Positions 58,741 through 64,000 of a DNA stretch of 64,000 nt are shown piece by piece. This DNA is from Psilocybe cubensis. Its lineage: Eukaryota. How positions within the stretch are numbered: position 1 is the stretch's first letter; the number at the start of each line of letters is the position of its first letter. The DNA is taken from contig CM039003.1 in assembly GCA_017499595.2 (NCBI GenBank), positions 3,038,001-3,102,000 on the forward strand, written 5' to 3'. The translations under genes and the position numbers were made by a program. The notes under the pieces are model-generated. The model ran no database searches and was not told where the DNA came from. It worked only from the letters and a program-made list of their open reading frames with translations.

Positions 58741-60331
58741 AGCTCCCCTGAACCGACAGTTAGAGTTCGCTTGAAGCTTTGACTGGTATGAAGGTACGTC
58801 TAACAGATGCTTTGATAAAATTTCCTTACAGTCGCGAATCAGGGCCGATATTTGGAAAGAAAGTATACGCACGCTAGAACATACCGGTGTGATATTGCAC
58901 AGCTAAAGTGCATCGGTGAGAACTAGCTCCGTGATGTTTCTGGAATCTCAATAACCAAATCAGTAGACAGCGGCCCAGTCCCTGTATCGTATGGTACGGG
59001 CGTCAGGAGAATTTAGGTACTTCCGATTAAAACTCGAACAAAGGGACGCTGAGCGGCTGAAAGAGAGCGCTCGACGTTGTTGTGCCATGGTTGTCATATA
59101 CAGACGATAGTTACACTTCGCGCTAAATTTTTACATGAAACCCGGATGAAATATCCTCATCGTTATTACCTGGTAAACTTTGGCCTGATGAACTGCGGAA
59201 TATTGGATGATCTGCATTACCACGTAGTCGCCCGCCACGTTAATGACAGGGGAGAGCCTATCTATTTATAGAACAGGCAGAGCGCCCTACAAACGTCAAG
59301 AGCAAAAGTAAGCTTCTCGGTTGTATGAAACGATTATAAGTGACAAATGTTACCTACTCATGTAAGCAAAAAATTCGTTAAACTGCCCCAGGTAGTGTTT
59401 TTACTGTTTCCCTATGTATCAAAATTGGTTAGAGTCAGAAACCCTTGCGATCGATTGTTGCTTCGACAAACCGAGTGGTTGTCCGGATCCTACCGAAAAA
59501 TGATCAACCCTTTCAAGCCTTTACTGGTGGTTTTTGAGGATGGTCAGTCACAAAATGGACCTGGTATTTCCATTTTTACCGCCAATGAACGATTTTGGTC
59601 ATGTACATTCACGACATCCGCTTCGATTACTAAGTGCTCCGATAAAGAAGGGTCTTGTATGAAGATTCATTTGATTTGGCAGAACGGAACCAAATGAGAA
59701 GATCCTTTGTCCTATATTTCTGCGCAAGTCTTTATACACACCGTCTTCTTTTCCAACTGAGATTCCCATGCATCAAGTATAGAGATTAGGTCAATGTTAT
59801 GGTCGCTATACATCATGATTCATCGCTTCACTTATGAGGTTTTTTTGGTTGATGCCTATTGTTAAGACCTATGTAGCTCTTTGTTATTAAGCGTGTCCAT
59901 ACCTAGTATTTCTCCTGTCTGATGTGCAGCAGCGAGCCAACAATATCTTCATCGTCTTTGTACTCTGCATCGGATTTTGGAAATGATTTGAACTTTGGGA
60001 ACAATGAAGCAATTTTGCGAAGAACACAGCAAATCCATTCTCCGCCCCAAAACACATACTATATATAGTAATTTCTATGCAAAATCATTGCGCCAAGCGG
60101 ATCACGGGGATACATATACACCAATTTCTACATAACTACCATTTTTAAACCGAAAGTACTCTAAGCGGAGCTGACAGAGGCATAACGGAAATAGCCTGCT
60201 CCCCAAGTGCTCCCCGATCAACGTCTCACTCATAAATACAGCATGCGAAGGCAGACAATGGGGCGTCCTCGAAGCTCGTGTATAGCATTACAGTAGGTTT
60301 ACTTCATATCGAAGGCAAATGCTTACTTATC

Positions 60332-61393
60332 ATGGCTAAATTAGATCTGGCTTGGCTATTTAACTGCCTTCTCCTCGTCGCCTCAGGCCTCTTCCTTAAC
60401 TTCGTTTTCCAGGATCCTCGAGTGGTCCAATTTTCAAAGATAGCTCTCTCTCGGATACGTCTAGCTCAGGTAGGATCTTCAGCCTTTGAACATGATGACA
60501 TGTACTGATCAACCACAACTACTTCTAGACCTTCAGGGCAGTTGGAACTCGCACCTCGTTCTCTACTTCCTCGGTGCAGCAAATCGCACAGAATAATATG
60601 TCGGAAATCATCTTCTACGATATCAAATCAAACGTTCCAGGATACTCTGTATCTCCTACTACCTGGAGGACAAGGTTCGTCATTGACAACTTACTTCAGC
60701 TCTGCGTCATCTAATGATGTTGGGAACAGATACTGCCTCAATCTCAAAGGCTTGAAATACAAAAGTCAATATGTCGAATTTCCCGAAATCGCACCTCTCT
60801 ACAAAAAGTTAGGCGTACCCGCCCCCGACACCAACTCCGATGGAAGTCCCCACTATACCCTCCCCATGATCTACGACCCATCCACCAACAAATATATTCC
60901 GGATTCCACTGACATCGCCATCTATCTTGATAAACAGTACCCGGACCTTCCCCGAATCTTCCCTCCCGGCACAGAGAGACTACAGATGCAGTTTTCCAAC
61001 GCCGCCATGTCAAGCATCCCAGCCGCGGGCAATCTCCTCACATGGCGGGTCTTCGCCAGGCTGAATCCGATCAGCCAGGAATACTACCGCAGAGTGCGGG
61101 AGACAGTATGGCGTGTCAAGTTGGAGCAGATGATCCCAGATGACCAAAATACTACCGGAATGGCTACGCTGAAGAAGGTCATGGGGAAGATCGACGCTTT
61201 GTATGTGCGTAATGGTGCGAAGGGGCCGTTCGTATTGGGGGAGACTCCATCATGGGCCGACATCACTATTTCAGCGATGCTTGTGATCTTGAAAGTATCT
61301 TGGGGAGAGGATAGCGACTATTGGAAGCAGGTCATTTCTTGGAATGACGGACGATGGGAACGGTTCTTTGCAGAAATGAAGAAATACGAGTAA
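60332..61393 (+). CDS. Glutathione S-transferase, GSTFuA-like, copy 2; core starts at ATG 60598, with a likely in-frame N-terminal extension from ATG 60332
   Basis: MSEIIFYDIKS...SPTTWRTR, intron, then YCLNLKGLKYKSQYVEFPEI, YTLPMIYD, DSTDIAIYLD, SWADI and WNDGRW. Confidence 0.85.
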
Positions 61394-61513
61394 ACTCCAA
61401 TATGTATAATTCACCAACGTACATGATAGTTATAGCTTAATAATTTCGATTCATTGTAACTCAAAAGCAATCACATTTGAATGTCGTCAAAATAAATCCA
61501 AGTCAATTCGCCT

Positions 61514-64000
61514 TCAAGAGGACGCCATCGTAGGAATCTCCCCGATTCTCAATTTAGCAGCAGCAAATGGAACTAATTTCACCTTGAACGTATCTCCAAC
61601 GCAGCTGTTTGGGCTCATGGGAGGCGCAGAGGCGGTTCCATCGACAAGGTCCCATTCGATTTGACATCCAGTGGCCGTCATCGAGACTGGTTGTGCTCCT
61701 GGAGCCCACGCATAATAAGGCATCGATGATGTGTGACTGGATTCATCGTTTACTTCAATCGTGTTTGGGTCGATCGCAATCCTCCATTCACTTGTGGGGA
61801 GGAGAGTATTATCAACAGTGTGGTTGTCGGTCTATTATAGGAACATTATACAGGTCAAATGAGAAATCAATTAGCAGGCAAATAAGGGCCTACAGGGGTT
61901 AAGTACGCGGGAGGAGCGTTAGGGTACAACCGCTTAACGTCACCTAGAGCCTGGCCACTCCTGAAGAGAAACCAAATGAATTGTTGTCTTTTAGCAGAGT
62001 TCAGAAATGGTGGAAATTAACCTCAATCCAGGGGCAGACGTTTGGTTATAGGATAGTTCCACGGCATAGTTCAATGCACCGCGCGTTATGGCTACTGCGT
62101 TGTTAGTGCGCACTTCAACCACTAGAGGTGCATAAAGGGTCATTTCAATGGTGGTTGTTCCCGTAGAGACCTACTCCCATTGTATTAGTGTGATAATCAG
62201 CCTCAAGGCTCATCTTTGAAAGCAGTTGCTGCTGACCTTCACGCTTTGCAAAGAAGTAGATGGATCTGGTTGGATAGCGGTTTGTTTCTTTCCGTTAACC
62301 GCTATAGTACTCTGCTGGCTCTTGGCCCAGTCAGGGATACGAATCTGGAAGGTGAACGGGTGTGACGTTGTAACAGAATATTTAAACGTTAAACCGAAGG
62401 GGTAGAGAGTATCGACAGAGACTACGATGTTTGTTAGTGCCCGCGGGACTTCGCTTGTTATTAAGAGACTGAAGCAATACCTTTGATGTCGTTCGCCTTC
62501 CCAACGCTCCCAGAGAAGGTAGCAGGTCCCAACAAGGCATGTATAAGGCTCCCACTTTTCTCATCGGTCATGAACGAGTGCGACCAGAATTTCGGGTACG
62601 CTTGAGGGTGATTGACAGTACAGCAAGGATAATTGCTGGACCGATAAAGAGTAGATCAGTATCAGATGCGTTGAGCGACAGGGGATACGCACGGTTCAAA
62701 ACCAAAAACATTCGAGTTTGGTCCGTTATTCACCCAAGGGGAAGGGTTCATGTTCTTGGCCCATATCTGATTTACTGAGTCACCACACATAACATAAGCA
62801 TACGAAGATAGTAAGAGAGAAGACACCATTACCCTCTTGATCGTATTGATGAGCTATGGTAGTGTAGAGAAGTCTGATAAGAAGAATAATATAGGAATTT
62901 CTGTTCAGGGCACATACACCACCAATCATGCATAATTCCTGCAGGAAGAGCATTATACGCTAAAGCAAATAAATAAGAATAAGACTTGGTTGATCAATAG
63001 ATTGAAGAGAACTCGCCAATTTTTTCAACCCTGTCAGCGACGGTGTTGTTTCCGAGGATAGAGTAAATTGTAGCCAGGGAAAATATTTGTTCCCTGATAA
63101 AAAATATCAGAACGACTAACGATGCTTTGGTACAACGATATCTGCTCACACAACTGCGCACAACTCCGTACTACGTTTAAATCAGCACAGGGGGTGATTA
63201 TACAGTCACAATCAGAAGGCAAGCTCACCCCCTGGAAGGATTGAGTCCAGCCATATGCTCATCCGCGGAGAATGTGCCTTTACATTTTCAGTCTTTGTCA
63301 GAGTAACAAGGAACACATGGGCTCACCAGACGCTCTTCCATGGTATGTGTAAATCATGTCCAATCTATCAAACGTACTTTGAATATCCGAGTCATCACCA
63401 GTAAATCGCCAGGCCAGAGCCTCGGATTTGAGTGCTGAAGGAAGACGGTTAATGAAAAAAATATAATAAACTTGTCGAAAAATGGTAAAAAATGGTACCT
63501 TCAGCGGTGTTAACTCCATGGCTAAGAATGGGGAAGAAATCATTAGATGGTAGGTGAAGACAAATAATGAGAACTCACGTTTGCATCGTAAGTTGGTTTG
63601 AGGGAACAGCCTGCTTCGGGAAGATGGAATCTACAAACCAATCGTTCTTCCACGAGTATCCAGAGTCCCGGACAAGTTGCATAGTCTCAAGAAGTTCTGC
63701 TTCCTTGCCTTGAAAAGATCGTCATTGTAGTACAATTTTCTTTGCGCAAAGATTGGGAGTACCTCTCGGTTCAGTATCATAGAGCCATTGGAGCGAGTAG
63801 ACTAACTGGTGAGACATGTATCTTAGAACATTCGTATGCACGCGTCGCAAGAGCTACGCACCTCTTCCCATCTGACGTACTGGTAGTCAAATTGGAAACC
63901 CTGGTCGGGAGTTCCCTGTTGATTGGTCTTCCAGAGCGTGTTTGCGAGCGACATAAACTTGTGCATTGCATCTATGATGCGCTCTGACTGGGATGGATCT
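61514..64000 (-). CDS. GH127-like (DUF1680, beta-L-arabinofuranosidase-like) glycoside hydrolase; 5' part lies beyond the window
   Basis: HGVNTAE, YHGRASGTFSADEH, TELCAVVE, YNALPA, NYPCCTVNHPQ, DTLYPFG, RGALNYA, LVPFAAAKLRIGE. Confidence 0.82.

Noticed and set aside
49055-61393. Whole-block inverted duplication of GST plus membrane-protein genes
   Set aside because: Both GSTs are on the + strand and appear more diverged than the membrane-protein copies, so the duplications look independent.

Overview
Intron-rich fungal genomic DNA. The short GT-AG introns of about 50-60 nt and the gene families present point to a basidiomycete, probably an agaric; this taxonomy is inferred. The left end holds a secondary-metabolite core: a C2H2 + Zn(II)2Cys6 transcription factor divergent from an intact non-reducing PKS (SAT-KS-AT-PT-ACP-ACP-TE), followed tail-to-tail by two tandem DUF2235 (Tle1-like) hydrolases. 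The rest encodes three F-box-type proteins, a GDA1/CD39 nucleoside diphosphatase, a MARVEL-like protein, an M43 metalloprotease, a fasciclin protein, an ABCC/MRP transporter, two fungal GSTs, a single-pass membrane protein and its inverted pseudogene, a tail-anchored atypical RING protein, a THN-reductase-like SDR and a partial GH127-like gene. DNA transposon content is high: a full-length Tc1/mariner-like element apparently inactivated by CpG decay, a hAT derivative with an 8-bp TSD, a 720-bp CACTG foldback element with a 3-bp TSD, a 598-bp MITE and smaller remnants. Exon boundaries were read by eye and no database searches were run.
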